Assembly (NCBI GenBank): GCA_964507275.1
Contig: CAZDPG010000001.1
Span: forward strand, 20,958 to 84,957
Source of the DNA: an uncultured Candidatus Saccharibacteria bacterium
GTDB taxonomy: Bacteria > Patescibacteriota > Minisyncoccia > Phycocordibacterales > Phycocordibacteraceae
Reading direction: 5' to 3'
Length of the DNA stretch: 64,000 bases
How positions within the stretch are numbered: position 1 is the stretch's first letter; every line of letters begins with the position of its first letter. Below, piece by piece: positions 19,124 through 29,300 of this stretch. The notes beneath the pieces are model-generated. The model was not told the origin of the DNA and ran no database searches. It worked only from the letters and a program-made list of their open reading frames with translations. The position numbers and the translations under genes are program-made.

Positions 19124-21646
19124 ATGTTCAGTCTCTCTTCGTTATTCTCAAAGAACCAATCCGCGGCCTTCTTGAAGGCCGCGGCACCGGTCGTCGTAAA
19201 GACGAATGGTTTTGCCGCCGAGCTCGTGGCTCTTTCGGATGATGAACTCAGAGTGCGCATCGCTGAGCTGCGCGCCCGCGCGACGGCTGCCGGCGCGACG
19301 GCGAAAGACGACATTCCGCTCGTGTTTGCCCTTGTACGAGAAGCCTCTCGCCGCACGCTTCGCCAGCCGCATTTCGATGTGCAGATGATGGGAGGTCTTG
19401 CGCTACTCGAAGGGAAGATCGCCGAGATGCGCACGGGTGAAGGAAAGACGCTCGTTGCGACTCTGCCGACGACCTTTCACGCGCTTTCCGGTCGCGGCGT
19501 GCATGTCGTTACGGTGAACGACTATCTTGCTCGTCGTGACGGTGCATGGATGGGACAGGTGTATGCCTTCCTCGGACTCTCAGTTGGCGTTGTGACGAGC
19601 ACGGGAGCATACCTCTATGACGCGTCGCATGTCGCTCAGGAGGAGGATGCCGAGCGCGATGCTGCGGGCTCGTTTAAAGTGTTCTACGACTATCTGCGCC
19701 CTGCGACGAAGAAGGAAGCGTATGCTTCCGACATCACCTATGTTACGAACAATGAGCTCGGTTTCGACTATTTGCGCGACAACACCGCCTATGACGCCGC
19801 ACAAATCATGCAGCGCGGGCACCACTATGCGGTCATCGACGAAGTGGACTCCATCCTTATCGACGAGGCGCGCACGCCGCTCATCATCAGCGGCCCGGCT
19901 GGTGATTCGCAGAAGCTCTACGAGCGTTTCTCGGGCATCGTCAGGTCGCTTGAGGAGGGCCGAGACTATACTATCGACGAGAAGCAGAAAGCAATTCAGC
20001 TCACGGAAGAGGGTATCCGCTCTGCCGAGGTCGCGCTTGATCTCGAGAACCTCTATGCCGAGGGTGGGATGAAATACGCGCACCACCTAGAGACGGCTGT
20101 GCGGGCGCAGGCGCTTTTCCATAAAGACAAGGATTACATCGTACGCGACAACGAGATCATCATCGTCGATGAGTTCACAGGACGGCTCCAGCCGGGACGT
20201 CGCTGGTCAGATGGCCTGCATCAGGCTATTGAGGCAAAGGAAGGAGTCCTGGTACGGGAAGAGACGCGGACCTACGCGACGGTCACGTTCCAGAATCTTT
20301 TCCGTATGTATGAGCGGCTCGCGGGTATGACCGGGACGGCGCTTTCTTCTGAGGAGGAATTTTATACGGTGTATGGGCTCGAGGTCGTCGTCGTGCCGAC
20401 CAATAAGTCGGTCGCGCGCAAGGATTTCGATGATCTCATCTTCCAGACTGCCGCAGGGAAGTACCGCGCGGTCGCCCGAGCAGTGAAGGAGCGGCACGAG
20501 AAAGGCCAGCCGGTTCTCGTTGGTACGGTTTCCATCGAAGACAATGAAATAGTCAGTCGCTACCTTTCTGAAGAGGGTGTGCCGCATGAGGTGTTGAATG
20601 CGAAGAATCACGAACGCGAGGGGGAGATTATCGCTGGTGCAGGCGAAGAGGGTCGCGTGACCGTGGCCACGAACCTTGCAGGACGCGGTGTCGATATTAA
20701 GCTCGGCGGTGCGTTCGCGGACGCCGAGTCGCGTGCAGCAGTCCTCGAGAGGGGCGGTCTCGCTGTCATCGGTACGGAGCGGCATGATGCCCGCCGTATT
20801 GATAACCAGCTACGTGGGCGATCCGGTCGTCAGGGCGATCCGGGTGAGACGCGTTTCTATGTGTCGCTTGAGGACAAACTGATGCGTGTCTTTGCCTCAG
20901 AGACCTTGAAAAAAGTGATGGGCCGTTTTGGTATTCCTGAGGATGAGCCGATAGAGAGTGCGATGATTACAAAGTCGCTTGAGACCGCACAGGGACGCAT
21001 CGAAGGGTTCAACTTCGACGCTCGAAAGCAGGTGCTTGCGTATGACGACGTGATGAATACGCAGCGCCTTGCTGTTTATGCGCGCCGCCGCGCCGCCCTC
21101 CAGGGGACGGATTCTGAGATGGAAGCACTCATCCGCGGTCTTCTCGAAGGATCTGATGACGCTCTTCAGGCGTTCGAGGCAAAGAAGGTTGAGTTCGGAG
21201 ATTCTTTCGTGCCGCACCTGCGCCGCCTCCTTCTGCAGGTCATAGACGTGTTCTGGCTCGAGCATCTTGAGACTATGGACTATCTTCGTCATTCGGTATC
21301 GCTCCGGGCATACGGTCAGCGTGACCCGCTTATCGAGTATCGTCGCGAAGGCCTCATTCGTTTCCGCGCACTTGAGGCAAATATCAAAGCATCGGTTACG
21401 GAGATGCTCCCGCGGCTCGAAGGAGGAGACGATGAACGCCGTCGACGCGAAGAGGAGGCGACGCGCGCGCAGTTGGTGGCCGCAGGGCGAGAAGAAGAAA
21501 GTTCTCCTTCGCCAGTTAAGAAAGCTATTGGATACGGGCGCAACGATATTGTCGTTATCAAGAAGGGCGATGAGACGAAAGAGCTTAAATATAAGAAAGC
21601 CGAACCATTTCTTGCAGAAGGCTGGGAGATTGTGAGCCGGGATTGA
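19124..21646 (+). CDS. secA: preprotein translocase subunit SecA
   Basis: DEAD-motor motifs ('GEGKTLVATLP', 'DEVDSILIDEARTPLIISG', 'TNLAGRGVDIKLGG') over 840 aa; extended -10 'tggtatagt' 8 nt upstream of ATG. Confidence 0.95.
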   Translation: MFSLSSLFSKNQSAAFLKAAAPVVVKTNGFAAELVALSDDELRVRIAELRARATAAGATAKDDIPLVFALVREASRRTLRQPHFDVQMMGGLALLEGKIAEMRTGEGKTLVATLPTTFHALSGRGVHVVTVNDYLARRDGAWMGQVYAFLGLSVGVVTSTGAYLYDASHVAQEEDAERDAAGSFKVFYDYLRPATKKEAYASDITYVTNNELGFDYLRDNTAYDAAQIMQRGHHYAVIDEVDSILIDEARTPLIISGPAGDSQKLYERFSGIVRSLEEGRDYTIDEKQKAIQLTEEGIRSAEVALDLENLYAEGGMKYAHHLETAVRAQALFHKDKDYIVRDNEIIIVDEFTGRLQPGRRWSDGLHQAIEAKEGVLVREETRTYATVTFQNLFRMYERLAGMTGTALSSEEEFYTVYGLEVVVVPTNKSVARKDFDDLIFQTAAGKYRAVARAVKERHEKGQPVLVGTVSIEDNEIVSRYLSEEGVPHEVLNAKNHEREGEIIAGAGEEGRVTVATNLAGRGVDIKLGGAFADAESRAAVLERGGLAVIGTERHDARRIDNQLRGRSGRQGDPGETRFYVSLEDKLMRVFASETLKKVMGRFGIPEDEPIESAMITKSLETAQGRIEGFNFDARKQVLAYDDVMNTQRLAVYARRRAALQGTDSEMEALIRGLLEGSDDALQAFEAKKVEFGDSFVPHLRRLLLQVIDVFWLEHLETMDYLRHSVSLRAYGQRDPLIEYRREGLIRFRALEANIKASVTEMLPRLEGGDDERRRREEEATRAQLVAAGREEESSPSPVKKAIGYGRNDIVVIKKGDETKELKYKKAEPFLAEGWEIVSRD

Positions 21647-21776
21647 TGATCGAGCATTCTTGTTTTAGTACGATAGCAAAACTGCGAATATGCTAGATAA
21701 ACACGCAATCTGTCAGGTTTTTGCTTTTGAAGCACTATGAGTGTATGATAATATCATACTAAATCATAGTACTTAT

Positions 21777-21986
21777 ATGTCTACTCTCTCTGTTCCACTT
21801 ACTCCCAAGCTTGAAGAGTTTATCAATCAGCAAGTGAAGAGCGGCCGCGCCGCCAACAAGGCTGATGTTGTCCGTCGTGCTCTCATCGCGATGACAGAAG
21901 AAGAGGCTGTTCAGGAGGTGCTTAACGCATCACGGGAACCCCTCATGCGAGGAGATCTTCAAGAGTTGATGAAGAAGCTCCGATAA
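21777..21986 (+). CDS. type II antitoxin, ParD/CopG ribbon-helix-helix family
   Basis: 'LSVPLTPKLEEFINQQVKSGRAANKADVVRRALIAM' matches the ParD antitoxin pattern; directly upstream of a RelE/ParE-like ORF. Confidence 0.6.
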   Translation: MSTLSVPLTPKLEEFINQQVKSGRAANKADVVRRALIAMTEEEAVQEVLNASREPLMRGDLQELMKKLR

Positions 21987-22003
21987 GCACGAGAACCAAA
22001 GTC

Positions 22004-22264
22004 ATGCTCACTATCTCCTTCAAACCCTCGTTTCTTAGAAAAATGAACCGGCTTGATGCTGACCTTCGAGAAGAGGCTATAGAGAAAATAAATCTTCTCA
22101 AAGACATCAAGAATCATCGGCTTCTAAGGGTTCATAAATTGCACGGACCGCTTTCGGACTGGTTCAGTTTCTCGGTCAATTATAAAGCGCGAATTGTATT
22201 TGAATATGTTTCTAAAACAGAGGTCGCCCTCCTCTCTATCGGCGATCACGATGTGTATAACTGA
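22004..22264 (+). CDS. type II toxin, RelE/ParE family
   Basis: 86 aa, 'HKLHGPLSDWFSFSVNYKARIVFEYV...EVALLSIGDHDVY' RelE/ParE-fold pattern; forms a pair with the upstream RHH ORF. Confidence 0.6.
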   Translation: MLTISFKPSFLRKMNRLDADLREEAIEKINLLKDIKNHRLLRVHKLHGPLSDWFSFSVNYKARIVFEYVSKTEVALLSIGDHDVYN

Positions 22265-22420
22265 AAACGTATTGTCAGTAACTGCCTTGAAACCTAAGCG
22301 AGAAGGTGTATATTAGAAATCTAACCTCACCGCTTCTGTCTTTGGGCAGGGGCGGTCTTGTTTTTGAAGCGTTCTTGCGGGCTAGTTATTTTTGTTTTCT
22401 AGTGTAGAATGATTAGCATC

Positions 22421-23398
22421 ATGGCATTCACTGATGAAGCGAAGATATATGCCGAATCCGGAAAGGGTGGCGATGGCGTCATCCGTTGGTTGCGTACCAA
22501 AGAGTCTGCGCGTGGCGGTCCTTCCGGTGGTGATGGCGGTCGTGGTGGTGACGTCGTGCTCGTTGGCGTGCGCGATCTCGCGGCACTTGGGAACTATCGA
22601 TACGAGAAGAAATTTCATGCGGAAAACGGTGAGGCCGGGAAGGGGGAACTGAAGCACGGACTGAACGGCGAGGACATTCTTCTGAAGGTGCCGGTTGGTA
22701 CCCAAGTACGCGTCGTGGAGACAGGCGATGAATACGAGATTACGAAGGAAGACGAGCGTATTGTGCTCTTTCGTGGCGGTAAGGGAGGTCTCGGCAACGC
22801 GAGATTCAAGAGCTCGACGAACCAGAATCCATTCCAGCAGACGCTCGGAAGGAAAGGGAAGGGAGGAGAGATAGAGCTCACGCTCAAGATAATTGCAGAC
22901 GCAGGGCTCATTGGTCTGCCGAATGCCGGGAAGTCGTCGCTCTTGAACTCGCTCACGCGGGCGAAGTCAAAGGTGGGGGATTACCCCTTCACGACGCTCG
23001 GTCCGAATCTTGGCGATTTTTACGGCTACATTCTCGCCGATATCCCAGGGCTCATCGAGGGCGCCTCGTCCGGGCGAGGTCTCGGAATAAAATTCCTTAA
23101 GCACGTAGAACGTACAGGTATTTTGCTTCATCTCGTCTCGGCTAGCACAGATGACGTCGTCGCAGCGTATAGGGAAGTGCATACCGAGACGGAGTCCTTC
23201 GGGCACGATCTTTCTCTGAAGCGGGAGATAGTTGTCCTCTCTAAGACCGATCTCGTTTCGTCTGAGGAGTGTGCCGAAAAGATGAAGGTTTTGGTGAAAG
23301 AGACCGGCAAAGAAGTGCTCTCTGTTTCCATAATAGACGACAATTCACTCAAGCAGTTCTCCGATCGTCTCACGGCTATCTTCTCCGAGAAAAAATGA
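22421..23398 (+). CDS. obg: GTPase Obg
   Basis: Gly-rich Obg fold 'SGKGGDGVIRWLRTKESARGGPSGGDGGRGGDVVLV' plus G1 'GLPNAGKSSL', 'DIPG'; start taken at MAFTDE (ORF opens at 22409). Confidence 0.9.
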   Translation: MAFTDEAKIYAESGKGGDGVIRWLRTKESARGGPSGGDGGRGGDVVLVGVRDLAALGNYRYEKKFHAENGEAGKGELKHGLNGEDILLKVPVGTQVRVVETGDEYEITKEDERIVLFRGGKGGLGNARFKSSTNQNPFQQTLGRKGKGGEIELTLKIIADAGLIGLPNAGKSSLLNSLTRAKSKVGDYPFTTLGPNLGDFYGYILADIPGLIEGASSGRGLGIKFLKHVERTGILLHLVSASTDDVVAAYREVHTETESFGHDLSLKREIVVLSKTDLVSSEECAEKMKVLVKETGKEVLSVSIIDDNSLKQFSDRLTAIFSEKK

Positions 23399-23455
23399 TT
23401 GCAGAGGGAACACTATTCAGTCCCTGGTTTTTGCTATAAGCTGGAAGCATACGAC

Positions 23456-24871
23456 ATGGAATATCGACCGACTATCGGACTTGAAGTGCACGCCGAACTC
23501 TCGACCAGGACGAAGATGTTCTGCGATTCTGCAAACGACCCGGATGAGACACGTCCGAACGTGAACATCTGTCCGGTGTGTATGGCACACCCAGGGACAT
23601 TGCCGGTTATCAATCGCGAAGCGGTCAGACATATCGTGCGCATCGGTACTGCAATCGGCGGTACGATTGCCGACGAGACACTGTTCGATCGCAAGAGTTA
23701 TTTCTATCCGGACATCCCGAAGGGATATCAGATCAGTCAGTACGAGCACCCACTCGTTTCCGGAGGGTCGCTTGCTGGCGTCGCGGTCACTCGCGTACAT
23801 CTCGAGGAAGATACTGCGCGTTCAACGCACTCGGGTGGGAAGAGTCTTGTCGATTTCAATCGTGCAGGTATTCCTCTTATGGAGCTCGTGACCGAGCCAG
23901 TCATCCGCGATGCGGAGACTGCTGGACGCTTCGCACGTGAATTGCAGCTTCTCTTGCGTACGCTCAGAGCAGGTGAAGCGAATCTTGAAAAAGGTGAAAT
24001 GCGCATCGAAGCCAATATTTCTGTTTCGAGTGAAGAGGGAGTATTTGGTACGAAGGTGGAAGTGAAGAATCTGAACTCATTCCGTTCTGTCGAGCGAGCA
24101 ATTGCATTCGAAGTGGCGCGTCAGACGGCGCTCATCGAAAGCGGCGGCAAGGTGGTGCAGGAGACTCGCGGGTGGGACGAATCGAAGCAAACTACCTTCC
24201 ATCAGCGCTTCAAAGAGGGGAGTGCCGACTACCGCTATTTCCCTGAGCCAGATCTACCGAAACTGTTTCTTTCAGAGATCCCGGAATTCTCTTCCGAAGC
24301 GCTTCGTGCGTCGATGCCAGAGCTCCCATGGGAACGCCGTGCACGCTATGTACGAGAGTATGCTCTCAAGGAGAGCGATGTCATGTATCTCTGCGCTACA
24401 AAAGAGCGAGCAGATTTCTTTGATGCGATTGCGGCAACTCTCGGAGGCGATACGGCACTCATCGCTCTTGCTGCGAACTACGTTGTCTCTGACCTCGCTG
24501 GTGTGTATGCAAAGAAAGGGAGTGAAGACTACTCATCGCTCGATGCACTTTCTTTTGCGAAGCTCATTCGACTCGCGAATAGTGGTGATCTTTCATCTCG
24601 TGGAGCGAAGGACACGCTCGTCATTATGGTTGAGCAGGGAGGAGATCCTGAAGCCATAGCGAAAGAGCACGGGCTCGTGCAGGTACACGATACGAGTGTC
24701 CTCAAAGAATCTATCAGGAATGTGCTTACGGAAGAGAAGAAAGCCGTGGAGGAATATCGTTCTGGGAAAGACGCTGCGCTACAGTACCTCATAGGCAAGA
24801 GTATGAAGGCAACTCGCGGGGCAGGGAATCCGGCACTTCTCAAGGAGCTTATCGTCGAAGAGCTTCGCTAA
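23456..24871 (+). CDS. gatB: Asp-tRNA(Asn)/Glu-tRNA(Gln) amidotransferase subunit B
   Basis: 'YRPTIGLEVHAELSTRTKMFC...NICPVCMAHPGTLPV' and 'MRIEANISVS...GTKVEVKNLNSF' GatB signatures. Confidence 0.9.
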   Translation: MEYRPTIGLEVHAELSTRTKMFCDSANDPDETRPNVNICPVCMAHPGTLPVINREAVRHIVRIGTAIGGTIADETLFDRKSYFYPDIPKGYQISQYEHPLVSGGSLAGVAVTRVHLEEDTARSTHSGGKSLVDFNRAGIPLMELVTEPVIRDAETAGRFARELQLLLRTLRAGEANLEKGEMRIEANISVSSEEGVFGTKVEVKNLNSFRSVERAIAFEVARQTALIESGGKVVQETRGWDESKQTTFHQRFKEGSADYRYFPEPDLPKLFLSEIPEFSSEALRASMPELPWERRARYVREYALKESDVMYLCATKERADFFDAIAATLGGDTALIALAANYVVSDLAGVYAKKGSEDYSSLDALSFAKLIRLANSGDLSSRGAKDTLVIMVEQGGDPEAIAKEHGLVQVHDTSVLKESIRNVLTEEKKAVEEYRSGKDAALQYLIGKSMKATRGAGNPALLKELIVEELR

Positions 24872-24883
24872 TCTCCCTTGCTG

Positions 24884-24934
24884 AGGAAATAACCCACAGA
24901 GCACCCGCTCTGTGGGTTATTTCCTCTTTATTTT
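24884..24934 (+). terminator. rho-independent terminator after gatB
   Basis: 'gaggaaataacccacagagc acccgc tctgtgggttatttcctc' then 'tttatttt'. Confidence 0.65.
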
Positions 24935-24990
24935 ACAGGGTTGTGTATAAGCTCTTCTCTACAAGCCGAGATATGGCTATAATGCAATAC

Positions 24991-25785
24991 ATGGATGAGA
25001 TTCTTATAGAAGAGAAGAAGTATGTATCGTCGAAGCAAGCCGCAAAAATGACCGGGTATGCTAAGGATTATATCGGCCAGCTCTGTCGAGAAGGACGTGT
25101 CCCGGCGCGGCTCGTTGGGCGTAGTTGGTATGTCCTCGAGTCGGCAATTCAGGATCACCGCTTCGGGAATCAAGAAGCAGAAATGCATTCTGTGCAGCCA
25201 TCCTCAGCCACTTCTTTGACTCAGACGTGGGAGTCGACGCGATATGAGTCGTCTAATACAGAGACACTCCCGTCTCTAAACCTCCTACAAAAGGCAGAAA
25301 TGGCCTCTGAAGCTGAAAAAGAAGAAGAACACGATGCTGTGCAGCTCTCACAGCTCCATGACTCGTGGAGGGCGTGGTTTGATCATGTTGAGGATGCTTC
25401 TGCGCCAATCGAGGAATCCGTTCAGGCCCCTGTTTTAACCGCTGCAATAGGAGAGAAAGAAGAAAAGAGCGTTGAAAGAACGGGAGAAGAAGTAACCGTA
25501 CCGCTTCATATTGTCGCCGAGAAGCGCTCTCTTAGAGAAGTTCTACCAATAGAGAAGGTAAAGGTAGTGGAGAAGAAGGAAGAGGTTATAGTGCAGGTAA
25601 ATCACGAAGATCGTGAAGAGATCCGTAGAGGAGTCAGTATTTCGAGTCTTGTACATGCTTTCGTTGTGCTTATTGCCGTGATTTCTGGATCGCTTGCAGC
25701 AGCAGGAAGTGGGTATTTCGATTCCTTTTTCATATCGAATAGCCAAGCAGCAGTTATATCAGGAATCTCAGTGGTAAATAAATAG
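24991..25785 (+). CDS. hypothetical protein with N-terminal HTH-like domain (paralogous to giant-protein N-terminus), Glu/Lys-rich middle and C-terminal TM helix
   Basis: 'SSKQAAKMTGYAKDYIGQLCREGRVPARLVGRSWYVLESAI' aligns with 'DASELSGYTSDYLARLVRSGEIQGKRIGHSWVISSASL' of the 26397 ORF; TATAAT 8 nt upstream of ATG. Confidence 0.4.
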   Translation: MDEILIEEKKYVSSKQAAKMTGYAKDYIGQLCREGRVPARLVGRSWYVLESAIQDHRFGNQEAEMHSVQPSSATSLTQTWESTRYESSNTETLPSLNLLQKAEMASEAEKEEEHDAVQLSQLHDSWRAWFDHVEDASAPIEESVQAPVLTAAIGEKEEKSVERTGEEVTVPLHIVAEKRSLREVLPIEKVKVVEKKEEVIVQVNHEDREEIRRGVSISSLVHAFVVLIAVISGSLAAAGSGYFDSFFISNSQAAVISGISVVNK

Positions 25786-26396
25786 CGTATATATTCGATT
25801 TCTTGTCTCGGATATCCGAGCTAATGATATAGAGATAAAAACTGATTACAGAGAACACTATCGCAAGATAAGGTATACATTTATATAGCTTGGTTGCTAC
25901 AAGGGTCCTCATAAGAGTCCCTCGCATAGATCGATACTCATCCATGAGCATGGGAAGAATAGATTTACCTGTGATAAATAAGATTTATCACATATATGAG
26001 CATCAGACGGCTATACATACTTATATATAGGTATGTATAGCTAGGCATCTGGTATACGGAATAAGTATATGTATCCTATGTAGTTCGTATATCCGGAGCG
26101 ATATACATGCGTGCTTCTGCATATATAGTAAAGTTCGTTTTTGCACGATATTTTTTGCATCGAATGGATGAAGATCATGATTTTAACACCGATGATCTTT
26201 CTTAATGCGGTTTTAACGGCAAATCCCACATAATTTTCTGCTGTCAGAGGTGATACATTCGGCGAAATTTTTTGCATTTCGTTGTAAATGAAAAATGAGA
26301 TTAGTTGTGCGTCGTGATGTGTGATAATTATCCACACCATTTTCGTAGGGAGTGCCGAAATAGTAAGTTATTATTTAGTTAATTCGGCTATCCGAC
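25786..26396 (+). promoter_or_regulatory. AT-rich 0.6-kb leader with multiple perfect palindromes upstream of the giant gene
   Basis: Palindromes at 25807-25820 (ctcggatatccgag), 25971-25991 (gtgataaat aag atttatcac), 26010-26041 (gctatacatac ttatatata gtatgtatagc), 26171-26199 (aagatcat...atgatctt); visibly lower GC than flanks. Confidence 0.45.
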
Positions 26397-29300
26397 ATGA
26401 ATCACTCCCTCAAAGAAAATTTAATAACGACGAAGGATGCGAGTGAGCTTTCAGGATACACTTCAGACTATCTTGCGCGTCTTGTTCGATCGGGAGAAAT
26501 ACAGGGAAAGAGAATTGGACATAGTTGGGTCATCAGCAGTGCGTCGCTCGAGACCTTCATGACCAAACAGAAAGGTCGTAAGCTCGATCGAGCGCGTGAG
26601 CTCGCGAGCTCACGCGTGCGCGAATACAATAGGCACAATCAGTTCGTGCAGCGTACGACGCGTGCGTTGACAGAAAAGATTTCAGTACCGAAATTCAGAC
26701 TTGAGGAGATTTCGATTCGCTCACATTCGCTCGCGCTTGGAGTGGCGCTCGTAGTTGTTGCACTAGGTGCTGTTGGCGCAAATGCCGCAGCTCTGCCGCA
26801 AGTCGCGCAACGAGCATCAGCACTCGCCACAGAAATTTCTTCAGGCTTCGTCGACACGTTCGGTGATGTTCCGACACGCATCGCTGTGCGCATGGAAGAG
26901 GCACGCATCGCTGTGCGAGCAGATGCGACACGAAATGCACTTGCGTCTCGTCGCGCAGGATATGTTGCGTCACCAGTTCTCGCATCGATTGATCTCGAAA
27001 CTTTGCGAACAGTACTTGTGAAAGAATATCGCGCACCGCGCGCGACATCTGACATTGCATTCTCGTCGTCGCGCACTGACGCACCGATCCTGACTGTCAC
27101 CGATGTGTACGCATCAGTTGCCGGTGCGTATGAATTCTTCGCGAATCCCTCAAACATCGGCACGACTCTTACCGATGCGTACTTTGCGATCGGTACTGAT
27201 GCGTACGCAGCAGTCGATGCATCATTCTCCGCCTACCGTACTCTCATTGATGCCTCAGGGACACCGATGCTCGCAGCCGCTGCGACGACGCGCGATGCAC
27301 TCGCGCACATGCCGCGTCTTGTCGCTCAAGTGAACTTAGCACTCGGCGAGGCAGTTATAAAAGCGACACATGCGGCAATACGCACTGACGTGATTGCCGC
27401 GCATGGTCTTGCTGCCGCTGCTCCGGAGAGCGCCCGTATCGCCGTCACACTGATGGGTTCTACAGGCGATACTCTCGCTCGCGCCGCAGAGCAAGTGCCT
27501 GCACGCGTCGCCACCGCGTATTTGAACGCGACGGCGGTACCGGCAGTACTCGCTCCTCGACTCGCGCAGGCCGTGTTCAACGCGGAATACTCCATAGCTG
27601 ACCGCTTCGTTTCTGTTACGAACGTCGCAAGCGAGCGCTACTTAGCGCTTGTCGAAGGGACGGGAGATATCGCGTATGAGAGCTCCACGAACGCCCGTTC
27701 GATAGTCCAGTCAGCTTCGCGCACGATTGCTTTCGCTCCTGCTGCTCTTGAGGACGTTACGCTCGGAACGCTTGGCAAGAGTGCCGCAGCCCTCGATTCG
27801 GTGACGCATCTCTCATCATTCGCAGCCGTGCTGCCGGCGCTCTCTGCGAGCGAGAAGACGGCACTCGCGGTCTATGAGGCGATACACTCAGCCTTCGACT
27901 CTGCGAATAGGACGCTCGTCGCATTCTTCACTACTACGCCGGAGACGGTGCTCCCGACCGGCGTGCCGAAGGCGCGCGTCATTGCTGTCGCAACATCGAC
28001 CCGTGCGGTCTCTTCCGGGACGCAGCCGGTAACCACTCTTTCGTATCCGACGTACACGACCGTGGTACGCGGCGTATCGGAAGACTTCGTGAATCAGTCG
28101 CTCGCATCGCTTCGCACGAATGTACTTGCGACGGTCGCGGGCATGATACAGCCGGTCAGCAGCCAGGTCGTCCAGAACATCACGACAATCCAGCAGTTGA
28201 ACCGGATCGACAGTCTGCATGACCTCGTAGTGCAGAATGGCGACTTCCGCAACAGCATATTCGACAATGGCATTAGAGTGAACGCGCGCGATGGCTATTT
28301 CGATAACCTTACTGCTGGTACGACGACGCTCGCTACCACCACGGTCAATGGCACTCTTACGATAAGCTCGCTCACGCTCACAGGCTCCCTCTCGAGTCCG
28401 GGCTCTATCACTGGTAGCTACTTCGTCTCGACGAGCACGAATGCTACCTCGACGTTCGCAGGATCGATCAACATCGATAACGCTGGCTTCGTCTATGCGA
28501 CATCGACACGCAACGTCGGTATCGGCGTGCTCTCTCCCGCTGCGCTCATCGCCGTGCAGAACAGCACGTCGACGCAGCCGATATTCGTGGCAAGCAATGC
28601 CGCCGGAGCGGAAGTATATCGCCTTACGAATGACGGATTCGTCGGTATCGGCACGACATCGCCTACCTACAATCTCGCTGTCGAGGGCTCATCGACGCTT
28701 GGTAATCAAGCGATTGCTGGATACTTCACTGCGACTACGACAACAGCTACCTCGACATTCGCTGGCTCGTTCACCGTCGGTACGGACAAACTGGTCGTCA
28801 ATTCGACGACCGGGAACATCGGTATCGGGACGACGAGTCCGTATCAGAGGCTCTCGGTGGCGGGGAATGTCATCGCGGACACGTTTATCGCCACCTCGAC
28901 CACAGCCACCTCGACATTCGCCGGTGGGTTCGCTGTAGAGACGGACGGTCTAGTCTATGACTACTCGTCAAATAATGTTGGTATCGGGACGGCGTCGCCC
29001 GCGAACGCAAAGTTAGATATTCGTGAAAGTGCTTCTGGGGCGTACGGCATAAAGTTGACGAACAGGAACGCCACTCGGACATGGGGGATTGCTACTGATG
29101 TTGGTGCCGTTAACGACAACAAATTCGGGATATTTGATGTCACGAGCGGAGGAGCTCGGCTGACTATTGATACGAGTGGTTATGTTGGTATCGGCTCGAC
29201 GAGCCCGGCACAGAAACTTGTCGTGAGCGGAAATATCCTTACGGACAACGCTAATAACAATCTTAGTGCGTATAACATAATCAATCGCCCTACGAACGCG

